Below are positions 50,911 to 62,371 of a stretch of DNA of 64,000 nucleotides, piece by piece. Location of the stretch: positions 10,354,001-10,418,000 of the forward strand of contig OZ024751.1 in NCBI GenBank assembly GCA_964016885.1, given 5' to 3'. The stretch is from Eledone cirrhosa (Eukaryota). Under the pieces are notes generated by a model that made no database searches, was not told the DNA's origin, and saw only the letters and a program-made list of their open reading frames with translations. The translations under genes were made by a program, and so were the position numbers. Numbering within the stretch: the first letter of the stretch is position 1; each line of letters opens with the position of its first letter.

Positions 50911-52609
50911 TGGTACTAAAATATGCAGAGCAGCACATTGGCTGAGTTGTTAGAACATCAGATAGAATGCTTTGCAGTATTTGTTTCAGCTCTCGACTAT
51001 GAGTTAAAATCCTACCAAAGTCAACTTTGCTTTTCATTTATTCAAGGCCAATAAAAACGGTACCAGTCAAGTACTGAGGTCGGTTCTTCCTCTATATCTC
51101 TACCTTACTACCTATCCTTCTCTGGAAAAAAATCTGCTGTGTTCAGATCTGGAGAGGGATGGGCTCCACAGGCTTAAATGCTCAATAAATGCTGGATGAC
51201 ACTATGGCACCTCTACTACTCCATCAGGAGTTACAGGATCATATCCGACCATTGATCTAAAAAAAAAAACCTTCCATTGTAATCTTCCATAAGCACCTTT
51301 GTTAAGTTATGTTCCAAACAGCAGATTATTAATGATAAAGCTGGTTACTAAATCCCTACAGATTCTTCATTATTTTCGAAATCATAGGCAGTGTCTTTGT
51401 TTAGAAAGTGGTTTAAGATTGTAGGATGATTTAAGGGAGATTTGGTTGTTATTTCTGCCAGGCTGAGGGACTACTTAGAGGAAGTAGAGCAATAAGGTAC
51501 AAGGCCAACAATTTTAGGGAAGAAGTAGTCAATTAAATCAACCCAGGGCATTACTGGTACTTTATTTTATCGATCCTGTAAGGATGAAGGGCAAAACTAA
51601 CCTCGACAAGATTTGAACTCAGAATGTAAAGAGCCGTAACTCTATGCCTCAAAGCATATTGTCCGACACTCTACCAATACTGCCAATAATTCCTTTGTTA
51701 GCCACACAAGGTTGATCTGAAGAAAATATTAAAGATGGCCCAGGGAGGCACATGATGACACAATATGGGGGGATTGTAATAACAATAACAACAAAACATG
51801 TAATAAAAACTAAACAAAAGAAAATTCCCCAAGGGTGAGGGACACTTCCAAGGGTCACTTGAGAAGGAGAAGGAGGGGAGAAGGGGGAGGAAAAGAAAAA
51901 GAAGAAGAAAAAGAAGAAGAAGAAGAAGAAGAAGAAGAAGAAGAAGAAGAAGAAGAAGAAGAAGAAGACAATGACAACAAAGAAGAAGAAATGATAATCG
52001 CTTCTACTTTTGGCACAAGGCCAGCAATTACTCCAGTGCATTACTGGTACTTTATTTTACTGACCCACGTAAGGATGAAAGGCAAAGTTAACCTCGGCGG
52101 GATTTGAATTCAGAACGCAAAGGGCCATAACTCTATGCTGTAAAGCATGGCGTCCGCCCCTCTACCGCCAATCAAATGATAATGGTTGTATCAAAGTAAA
52201 CATTAAAAACCAAAACAACAACAAAAAACAACTGAGTGGGTGTGAGGTGGAATTAATGGAAGAGACAGGTTTGTTTACATTTAGAATCAGTTCCAGCAAT
52301 TATTCTCTGTTAGTAACGAGATAGTTCTAATTAAGCTTTGGTGATTGAGTTCAGTGTATCACGGTCATACAATAGTTTGGCCACACTAGAAAAGCCATAG
52401 TTAGTGACCAGCGGCTAAAAGAAAATCTAACCTTCAGCTATTGTTTAAAAAAGACTCTTTAAAGACCAAAATAAACAAATAAAGAGAGCACATCCATTAA
52501 ATTTAGAAATTAGTAGTTCTAATTACTGTAATTAGTTAGAAAGGAAACTGGTTCTAACTGGAGTCTTCAAGGAGAATTTGTATTAGAACTGCATATACAG
52601 TTGTATGTA

Positions 52610-52672
<63 letters not shown>

Positions 52673-52732
52673 ATGTGTGTGTGTGTGTGTGTGTGTATAC
52701 ATACATACATATATATAGGCATATATATAAAC

Positions 52733-52773
<41 letters not shown>

Positions 52774-53404
52774 GCATATATATGTATACATATATATATA
52801 TATATATATACACATATGCATATATATGTATACATATATATATATATATACACATATGCATATATATTCACATATATATACATATATATATATACACACA
52901 TATATATATATACACACACACATCTGTGTGTATAAATGTTAGAAGGTTGATGCCATAACAATCAATGCCAGGTGCACTTTAAGCTAAATATCTTTTGTTT
53001 TCAGCTCAATCACAATTAACAGTTTAGGTGAAATGTTAAAATAGCCAAACCCAATATCAAACAACCAGATTATTTCAACATATTTCAACATTATTGTTGT
53101 TTAACCCCAAAGTCAGTTCTCATCAAACATTATGATTAATGGCATACATGCAATAATTAGAACCATTTATTTGTTTCTTTTATATTTTTCTTTATTTCAA
53201 ACATAGTCTATCTAGGACTACATTATCCAAAGTGTCTTTCTTTTAAAAGACGACAGTGTGCAATTTGAAGGAGATTTGGTTGCGATTTCTAGTAAAGCAA
53301 GCAACCATGTACAGATTCCATCTTTGGTCCATTAAAACAGTTGGATTTGGTTTATATATTCTCATTTCCATGCTGGTATGTGTTTATACACACACACACA
53401 CATA

Positions 53405-54745
53405 TTATAGCGCAACTAATCAGAGAGCGAATTGATGAAATGCAGTTTGGGTTTGTGTCAGGTAAAAGTACCACAGACACTCTTTTCCTTGTACGACAAC
53501 TACAGAAATACCTAGCTAAAAGTAAACCCCTCTACTTAGCTTTTGTAGACCTGGAGAAAGCCTTTGACAGAGTCCCCCGCTCCATTATCTGGTGGGCTCT
53601 TAGAAAACTAGGTGTAGATGAATGGCTTGTGAGAGCTATACAAGCTATGTATAAAGAAACAGCCAGTAAGGTTAGAATTAACAATGAATATTGTGAAGAA
53701 TTTAGTGTAAAAGTTGGTGTTCATGGAAGCTCTGTCCTTAGCCCCCTCCTATTTATTATTGCCCTTCAGGCTATAACAGAGGAGTTTAAGACCAGCTGCA
53801 CATGGGAACTCTTATACGCAGATGATCTAACTCTCATAGCTGAATCTATGGCTGAACTAGAGAAGAAACTCCAAACATGGAAGAATGGCCTAGAATCAAA
53901 AGGCCTTAAAGTTAACTTGTCTAAGACTAAAGTTCTAGTTTGTAGAAAGGAAAATAGGGCACAGGTGCACTCAGGGAAATGACCATGCTCAGTGTGTAGG
54001 AAAGGAGTAGGCAGAAATTCCATTTTATGTCCCAAATGCAAACTATGGGTACATAAAAGATGTAGTGGGATCACAGGTAAACTAACTAAGAACGTAGATT
54101 TTATATGTGGCCAATGCTCAGGTGCAATAAGTAGCTAGTGCCCACAGGATGCTGGCTCCTTCTATTGCCCAGATGGTTCTATAGAAATAGTAGACACTTT
54201 CCGTTACCTGAGTGACAAAATCAGCAGTGGTGGTGCGTGTTCTGAAAGTACAGTAGCCAGAGTCAGAACGGGATGGAAAAAGTTCAGAGAGCTTATACCG
54301 TTGTGGGCCACAAAAGGTTTCTCTCTAAAAATGAAAGGCAGATTGTATGATGCCTGTATATGAACAGCAATGCTACATGGCAGTGAGACATGGGCATTGT
54401 GTGCAGAGGACCTGCGCAGACTGGAAAGGAACGAAGCATGCATGCTCCGTTGGATGTGTAATAGTAATATACGTGAACGGCAAAGCATAAATGAACTAAG
54501 TGAGAAATTAGGAATAAGAGGAAACAGATGCTGTTTACTTGAGAGAAGACTACATTGGTATGGTCATGTGATGCGCATGAAAGACGACAGCTGTATAAAA
54601 AAAGTGCAGGGCGATCAAAATTGATGATAGCTACGGAGTAGGTAGACCCAGAAAAACCTGGGACGATTTGATAAATTCCGACCTTACACACTTGCACCTC
54701 TCTGGAAGATGGACGTTAAACGAAGATGATGATGATGATGATGAT
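53405..54745 (+). mobile_element. RTE-clade LINE, 5'-truncated, with (GAT)n tail (same family as 62372-64000)
   Basis: RT motifs, CSVC..C..C..WVHKRC finger, LHGSETW, RRLHWYGHV and GRPRKTW; several stops. Confidence 0.92.
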
Positions 54746-54982
54746 ATATATATATATAATATAGAAATGGCTTCTACAGGACTAGAACTGTTTCATTCGA
54801 ATGAAACAGTTCTATTCCTATAGAAGCCATTTCTATATTATATATTAAATATTTATATTCTGCTATGTGGTTACCTAGGATAAACTGCTATGTGGAACCC
54901 AGGATAAACTTATATATATATATATATAAATAATATTAATTCAAAATATTAACAAAATAGATATTCTTGTGATCAATTATAT

Positions 54983-55043
54983 TTTATTATACATATTTCA
55001 GAAGTACTGAGTTAAGTTCAACAGTAAGTCCTCATCAGATAAA
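54983..55043 (-). ncRNA. Hammerhead motif within a 72-bp-arm inverted repeat (54931-55117)
   Basis: UUUAU-CUGAUGA-helix II (UACUG/CAGUA)-GAAA-UAUGUA-UA-AUAAA. Confidence 0.65.
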
Positions 55044-55206
55044 CCTCTGAAATATGTATAATAAAATATAATTGATCACAAGAATATCTATTTTGTTAAT
55101 ATTTTGAATTAATATTAATAACTCTGGAAAACATTTTTTGGTTGAGTGCTTCCAATCTATTGTAAAACTCATTCTTTGATGTATTCATTGAACCTTGTTT
55201 AACTTT

Positions 55207-55246
<40 letters not shown>

Positions 55247-57091
55247 TGTATAGGTGCAAGAAAATTGCGTCCATAGGTGGTATGCAGGGTGAGCACTCGA
55301 TGTTCGCTCAGAGCACAGTATAATAGTATAGGAATAAAAGAACAAAGAGTCATTGTTGCATCATAACATATTCGACAATGAAACATATGTAATATGTTAT
55401 TAAATATATTAAGATGCAACAATGACTCTTTGTTCTTTTATTCTTATACTATATATCATCATCATCACCATTTTACGTCCGTTCTTCCATGCTAGCATGG
55501 GTTAGACGGATTGTCCTGTTGTGAGCAGTGTCCGGTCAGCTGGCCATGCCTTGCTCATACGGGAACTGATTCTGGCTTGATTTCTACAGCTGGATGCCCT
55601 TCCTAACACCAACCTCATTTACAGTGAGTGCTGGGTGCTTTTTTCCGTTTTGCCTACATGTCCACTTTACAGTGTGGGCTGGGTGCTTTTTTGCCGTGGC
55701 ACCTCCACGACCACTTTGCAGTGGGAGGGTGTGGGGGCACATTGTCTATATGCTTCAGCTTTGGCTTGTTCCTGGGGGGGGGGGGGTCTTCTGTATTACT
55801 GCGTGACGCCAGAGGTCACGGTCGTGTATCATTTCCTTTGAGAGGTGCAATTGTATATACCGTTCAAATGCGGTCGTTTTATATTCTTGATAATTCTAAT
55901 GTATTTCGATATTGTTAGGGACTTGGCTCCTTGGACAACACAAACTCACAAAAGTGTAGCCAATCTAAGAATACTAGTTAAAATAATTATTACATGAAAC
56001 ACGTGTGTGTGTGTGTGTGTGCATATGTATACATTTATATGTATGAGTAACACAGATGTAGCAAATGCTGTTCACTGTTTTCTATACTTTGTCACAGTCC
56101 CCTTCTTCCCACACTCATCACATAGATGTATGTGTATGCAATGATTATTTTGTATAATGTATATGTTTATGTATGCGCATGAAAGTCGATAGCTGTATAA
56201 CAAAGTGCAGGGCAATAAAGATAGACAGTAGCCACGGAATAGGCAGACCTAGAAAAACCTGGGACGAGCTGATAAACTCCGACCTCACACACTTACACCT
56301 CTCCAAGACAATGTCACTAGACCGAGACCTTTGGCGGTACTCAGTAATAGAGAAGACCCGCCTTACCTAAATACATAGTAAAACCTACTACAGTCAGTAG
56401 GCATCTCTAACAAAATACACCCCCGTCCCACCACCCCCCACCCCATCCACACCGCCCCCTTCTATGTGAAGTTGTGTTGGTGCCACACCATCCAGGCCGA
56501 AACAAATGAGATCGTGTAGGTGTCACGACAAAAAAAACACACAGTCCACGCTGTAATGTGGCCGTGTAGGCAACACGGTAAAAACCTCCCAGACCCACAC
56601 TGTAAATGTGGTTGGTGTTAGGAAGGGCATCCAACTGTAGAAAACCTGCCAGACAGTCCTATGCGAGCAAGACAATCATTCTTGCCTCAAGTGGGAAAAC
56701 CCCCCGTCCAAACCCATGCAAGCGTGGAACACGGACGTTAAACGTTGATGATGATGATTTATATACTCAAACATAGATAAGCTACCTCCCTTTGCATGAT
56801 GTACAAAAACACAAGAACATTATATATTAGTAGATAAATATATATATATTTATTGTAAGTACAGATTAAAGTTTAAGCAAAGAATCGCTGCATTCACGCT
56901 TTTATGGGATCTTCTGAAACTGAGAAAAAACTGCTTCAGAAGATCCTGTAAAAGGGTGAAAGCAGCGATTCATTGATTAAACTTTAATCTGTACTTAAAA
57001 TAAATATTTGCTCTACGGGTTTTCATATATATATATATAACCCTTATCGAGCCCTCTTCGGATTTTAGTCTTCATATTTATTATCATTATT

Positions 57092-57283
57092 GTGGTGGAT
57101 TGGCAGTATCGGTAGAGGGTTGGACGCCATACCTTGCAGCAAAGAGTTACGGCCCTTTATGGTCTGAGTTCAAATCCCACCGAGGTTAACTTTGCCTTTC
57201 ATCCTTACGGGGGTCGATAAAATAAAGTACCAGTAATGCAATGGGTAATTGCTGGCCATGTGCCAAAAGTAGAAACAATTATT
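57092..57283 (+). mobile_element. tRNA-derived SINE family A (representative; ~20 copies in the window)
   Basis: A box TGGCAGTATCGG, B box GAGTTCAAATCC, core gccgaggttaactttgcctttcatccttacggggtcgataaaataaagtacc (Nin/Deu-like). Other + copies near 912, 4392, 20880 and 43555; - copies near 3083, 3719, 10775, 18735, 20445, 26850, 27070, 29545, 33278, 40360, 41228, 42058, 45710, 51495 and 51995. Confidence 0.85.
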
Positions 57284-59769
57284 ACTATATATATGGTGGC
57301 TGCCAACTCGTTTTCGAGTACGGCCACTACTTTATATCCATGTAGAACTCCTACCGATGCGCTGAATGAATGTGACTTTTTAGTCCAGCCAGCGACTTGA
57401 AAACTCTGGTACAAATACTACACTTGTGACAATTATTGACACATAGTGCTGGGCCCATGGTACCATGTGACGACAAGTGCAGAGAGATCTCCAGATATAA
57501 AGCAATGCCTGTGCTGTGAAGCTTTTATAGTGAGCAAAGGCACAGCACAAAGCCAGTCCCACTCTCTTAACCAAGATGATATTTACCAAAAAGAAGAACA
57601 AGTCAACATCATTGGATACCATCAGGGTTGCAGGTGTTACATCCAGTTTTCCTTCTCCTAGAATTCTGCCTTGACAAAGGCTAAAACATACATACACACA
57701 CATTGATATTCTACCCAATAAATGCAGGACTTATAACCCTATTAGAACTCATGCTATTGATTAGTCAATACGTCAATGTTTGTTTATTTTGGTCTTTCAA
57801 GCAATCGTAAAACAATACACATATATATTGTGGTTGGCATTAGAAAGGGCATCCAGCCATAGAAACCATGCCAAAAACAGTTTTGTATGAGCAAGATACT
57901 GTCACCTGATCTAACTTGCCTTACAACAGGACAACTCATCAAACTCCTGTTAACATGGAAAATGTTAAATGATTATGATGATATTGGACAGATAAAAGAA
58001 CAATAACAACAAATCAAAACAAGGATTACCAGGTAACTTACTTTTACTTACCTCATCTTACAGTCCATTTTGCATTGTCTAGCCTTCTATCTCTTTCAAC
58101 GTTATATATGTAAGTATAGCTATATATAAATATATATATAATGTGGGTAATACATATTACCCAGTTACAAGTATGAACATAGCTCGATGTAAAATAACAA
58201 ATATAATACAGAGCTGAAATATATTGTAAATGACAATCAAAGAGTGTTTAAACCTTCAAACATTTAATCACTGACGATCGTTTCATCCTAGCAAAGGATG
58301 AAAGGATCATCAGTGATTAAATGGAAGTTTAAACACTCTTTGATTGTCATTTACATTGTGTGTGTATATATATATAACTATATATATATAGTTATAAAGG
58401 TGGGGTTTTTACATTTTAATTTTACCTTTTAATTATGCATTTTTTCCACTCTTCGTAGACCTTATATCCTTCACTGAACCCCTTGTAATTGAAAACAGCC
58501 CCTTTTTGTGTTTTCTTTATATACTGTATTATTGAGAGCCCCGTAATTTATTCCTTGAGCTCATAAAATTACAGGGGATTAACGAGAGTCTTTACCTCCA
58601 TATTTTCAATTGATATATATATATATATATATATATAACCATATATCAATACAGGTTTAATTTCAAAAGTTATGTAAAACAGCATGAGAAAAAACTAGCA
58701 AGCCATTTATCTAATCCTGATTTTGTAAAAAACCACCAGACTATGGAACACGGTGCTTAGATATTAGAGAATATTGTACAGCATGGTAGGATTGTATATC
58801 ATTGCTTTAACCCTTTAGCATTGAAACAAGCTGTATCTGGCCAGAATTCTCTCACCTCTTTCTGTTCAAACCAATCGTAGTTAACCACTCATACTGATGT
58901 TAAGGTATTGTTCTCAAAACCTCATAGATTTGATATTATGTAAGATAAAGCATTTACCACAAAAATACAATAGTATATAAGCAAGTGATATCATCATCAT
59001 CATTTAACATCCATTTTTCTATGCTTGCATGGGTTAGACAGGTTATCACATTATGAGACAAGTTGGTCCACAAACCATGTCATGTTCGTATGGATCTGTA
59101 TTTTGGTTTGGTTTCTATGGCTGGATGCCCCCTTCCTTACACCATCTTAGTGTGGACTGGGTGGGTGCTTTTTTTCGTTCCACCAACACAATCACCGTAC
59201 AGAGTGAATTGAATGTTTTTTGCCATGTCACCAGCACAACGATCTTACAGTGTGGACTGGGTGTCTTTTCTCCTGTCACCAACATGCAGGATGTCATCAT
59301 TTTTACTTCCGTCTTGTTCATGTTTTGTCTGGCTGGATGCCCTTCCAATCCCTAACCACCTTACAGTGTGATCTGTGTGCATTATTCGTGCCACCAGCAC
59401 TAAAGAGGTTGTCTTACGGGATTCAAGAGTCCTCTCTACCGTGTTAGTTTCTATTTGGAGTGTCTACTCTCCTAGATGGGTTGCCGTCACTGACATTGGA
59501 CACCCTGCAGGATGAAGAACAAAACCTGCCAAAGAAACTCAAGAGAATCAATAGCCACCCAATTGTGAGCTCAACAAAGGTTGCCCATGCCTGGTTTATA
59601 CAATCAGTGCTGAATTCAAACTAAAAACATAAAAATAAAAATTCTTAAAATTCTAAAAGTTTAAATGATTTATTTGTATGCTTAATTGTTTTTAATAATT
59701 AAATCAGTTGTAATTTCAGGATTATCTTGGTCCCTTCCACCTTGGTACATATAATATATACATAAACCT

Positions 59770-60006
59770 TCATAATACAGGTTTCATTAACTGACGAATG
59801 TCCAAAAGAGGTGAGAGGGAAAAAGTTCTGGAAATCTCATGTCTCCAAAATGAGACAACTGCTAAAAGTGCCACTGAAGAAAAACATAAACTTTTCCATC
59901 CAATCAAATTTTGAAATGGGAACGTTCTTGATGTCCTTTTTTGGAACAGAGCATTGTCCTTCGCAGAGATTATTTCAACAGGTTGTAGATTCTTATCTGC
60001 TACTAG
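59770..60006 (-). CDS. Probable last coding exon of the second gene (78 aa with a hydrophobic segment LCFSSVALLAVVSFW)
   Basis: tttctttcttttgtttttag acceptor; 78 open codons in phase 0, matching the preceding exon, then TGA. Confidence 0.5.
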   Translation of the reverse strand, partial: LVADKNLQPVEIISAKDNALFQKRTSRTFPFQNLIGWKSLCFSSVALLAVVSFWRHEISRTFSLSPLLDIRQLMKPVL

Positions 60007-60074
60007 CTAAAAACAAAAGAAAGAAAAATATTAGGACAACAGGTCTAAGTCTAGTCTAAAGTCTGTCTTAAGCC

Positions 60075-60333
60075 AGAAGGCTCGTCAGGCCAGTGCTTAT
60101 CCCGGTTTCATGTAATGAAGCGACTGAGAGTACAAGACTCCCCCAGGACAGGGCCCCAGTCCATTGCAGGGTTAAACCCCCAGCTGTTGCTGGTACACAT
60201 TTTCAGCTGAGTATACTGGAGCAACATGAAATGAAGTGTTTTGCTAAAGAACACAACACGCAACCCAGGAATCGAACCCACAACATTATGATCTGAAGTC
60301 CAACACCCTTACCACTAGGCCACGCGCCTCTAC
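60075..60333 (-). mobile_element. Third tRNA/CORE-related SINE
   Basis: Minus strand begins gaggcgcgtggcctagtggtaagggtgttgg...gggttcgattcctgg followed by a CORE-like segment. Confidence 0.7.
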
Positions 60334-60469
60334 ATAGGACAACGGGACCTTCCCCAAATATAACAATATCTGTTTCAACACAAAGCAAAGCAAACACATC
60401 GCTGCTAAAAAAATAAAATATGTGTAAAAAGTAAACAGAAATAACAAAGCAAAAGACACAGTACATTGA

Positions 60470-60600
60470 AGAAAAATTCTTGGTCTTTTATTAGAAATAT
60501 GTTAGTTGAACACTCGAAATGATAGGAAAAGAGCCTTAACTTTTCAGACACAAGTCTTTCATCAGAAGATAGGATGAGAAATAAAAAATGAAATAGAAAG
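60470..60600 (-). mobile_element. Penelope-like pLTR fragment with minimal hammerhead
   Basis: Minus strand CTT-CTGATGA-A-AGAC-TTGT-GTCT-GAAAAGTTAAGG at 60534-60569. Confidence 0.5.
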
Positions 60601-61389
60601 ATAGAGATTGAGAAGATTAGAAAAAAAAATTGAGAAAAAAAACATGTGCATATTCAATCAGCCATTTTTTAGTTATGCTGGTCAGTGGGTGTGTGCCTGT
60701 TTTTGTGTGTAGACAAATAATAGAACCCAGTTGCTTGACCAGATAGCAGCCATATTTTCATACAGGCATACATCATCATCATTTAATGTCCATTTTCAAC
60801 GCTAGCATGGGTTAGACGGGTTGTCCCATTAGAGGCAAGTTGGGTCAGGTGACCGTGTCTGGCCGTTTCTTGCCTTTCTTAACACCAACCACATTTACAC
60901 TGTGTGCTGGGTGCTCTTTGTCGTGACACCCACATGACCACTTTACAGTGTAAGCTGGGTGCTTTTTGTCGTGTCACCTACACGACCACCTTACAGCGAG
61001 GGCTAGGTGTTTTGTCATTATACCTACAGAACCACTTTACAGTGTGCACTGGGTGCTTTTTGTTGTGACACCCACATGACCACTTTACAGTGTGGGCTGG
61101 ACTACACCTACATACAGACACACACATTAAATTGTTTATTATCTGCTTTCCCTTCTCGCAAGGGTTGGACAAGTTGTCAGCAGGTTGGGTTGGTACTAAA
61201 AGTAAAGGTATCAACCCCACAGTGGGCCAGGTGGCAGCATACATACATTCCTGCACCCTACATAATACTCAGACAGGCTGCACCATACATACATAAACAT
61301 ACACACACATACAAACATATATAGATAAACACGCACACACACATAAACATGCACATACATATACATATAATTTTCCATGTTTAACTAAC

Positions 61390-61494
61390 CGATTTAATTT
61401 CCTGGTCAAATCTCGCAAGCTGAGCTAGAAGTGCGTTGACATTTTTAATTGACTCTGATGAGTAATGAGAAAACTTCTCCAATAATCTGGTGTC
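61390..61494 (-). CDS. Probable internal exon of a second gene (DTRLLEKFSHYSSESIKNVNALLAQLARFDQEIKS, helical/coiled-coil-like)
   Basis: Strong polypyrimidine tract plus tag acceptor, gttagt donor, 105 nt open in phase 0->0. Confidence 0.55.
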
Positions 61495-62371
61495 CTAGCA
61501 GCAAAAACAAAAAGAAAAATAATCAAATAAAAAACAAGTAAAAAATTTATCCTAAAATAGAAATAAGAAGCAACAAAACAGAAAAATTTACCTCTCCCTC
61601 CATATGTTTTTTTTTCTTCTCGCACTAAGGTACTTTTACATAGCGAAGTATAAAACAATTAATACATTAGCATTTAAACCGGCCAGAATTCTCTCACCTC
61701 TTTCTGTTCAAACCAGCTGTAACCGGCCGCTCGTACTGACGTTAAGGTATTGTTCTCAAAATAAATAATATCAAAATCTCATAGATTCGATATTATGAGA
61801 GATAAAACCTTTACCATGAAAATATAATAGTAAATATAGAATAATGTAAATGCTAAAGGCTTAAACTAGATGAGATTATTTATATTATTCAATCATTCTA
61901 ATGTTAGTAAGTTTGCTCCGATGGATTGCAATGCTAATATACATGAAAGGCAAAGCACAGATGAGATGAGAGAGAGAGACTAGATATAAGAAGAATTAGA
62001 TGTAGTGTGCAGGCGTGAAGACTGCACTGGTAAGGCCATATATGCGTATGAAGGGTGAGTATCGGGTGAAGAGGTAGCAAGAAATTCCAGTGGAAGGGAA
62101 CTGTGGTAGAGGAAGACCAAGAAAGATTTGAGCAGAGGTTGTCAGAGCTGATCTGAAATCACTGAATCTCACAGAGAAAACAAATGACTGAGACAACTGA
62201 AGAGATGCTGTGCTGGAAAGAACCCATCCAACCCATGCAGTCATGATAGTTTAATAACCAAAAACTGTGATGATAGTTTAATAACCAAACTACCTGAAAC
62301 TGCATGTGATTCTATGATGTGAAAAATGTTTATTCATATTTCATATTTAACCCTTTAACATTTACATTAAT

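Noticed and set aside
48464-51037. 800+ aa mucin-, extensin- or glycine-rich ORFs in several frames
   Set aside because: A trinucleotide array lacks stops in most frames on both strands; the starts come from flanking SINE sequence; no exon context.
57380-57718. 112-aa minus-strand ORF / possible exon after the acceptor at ~57681
   Set aside because: No recognisable motif and no phase-consistent partner exon; may be UTR or intergenic.
61455-61475. CTGATGAG...GAAA hammerhead-like core on the + strand
   Set aside because: No helix I or II pairing; it lies antisense within a probable coding exon.
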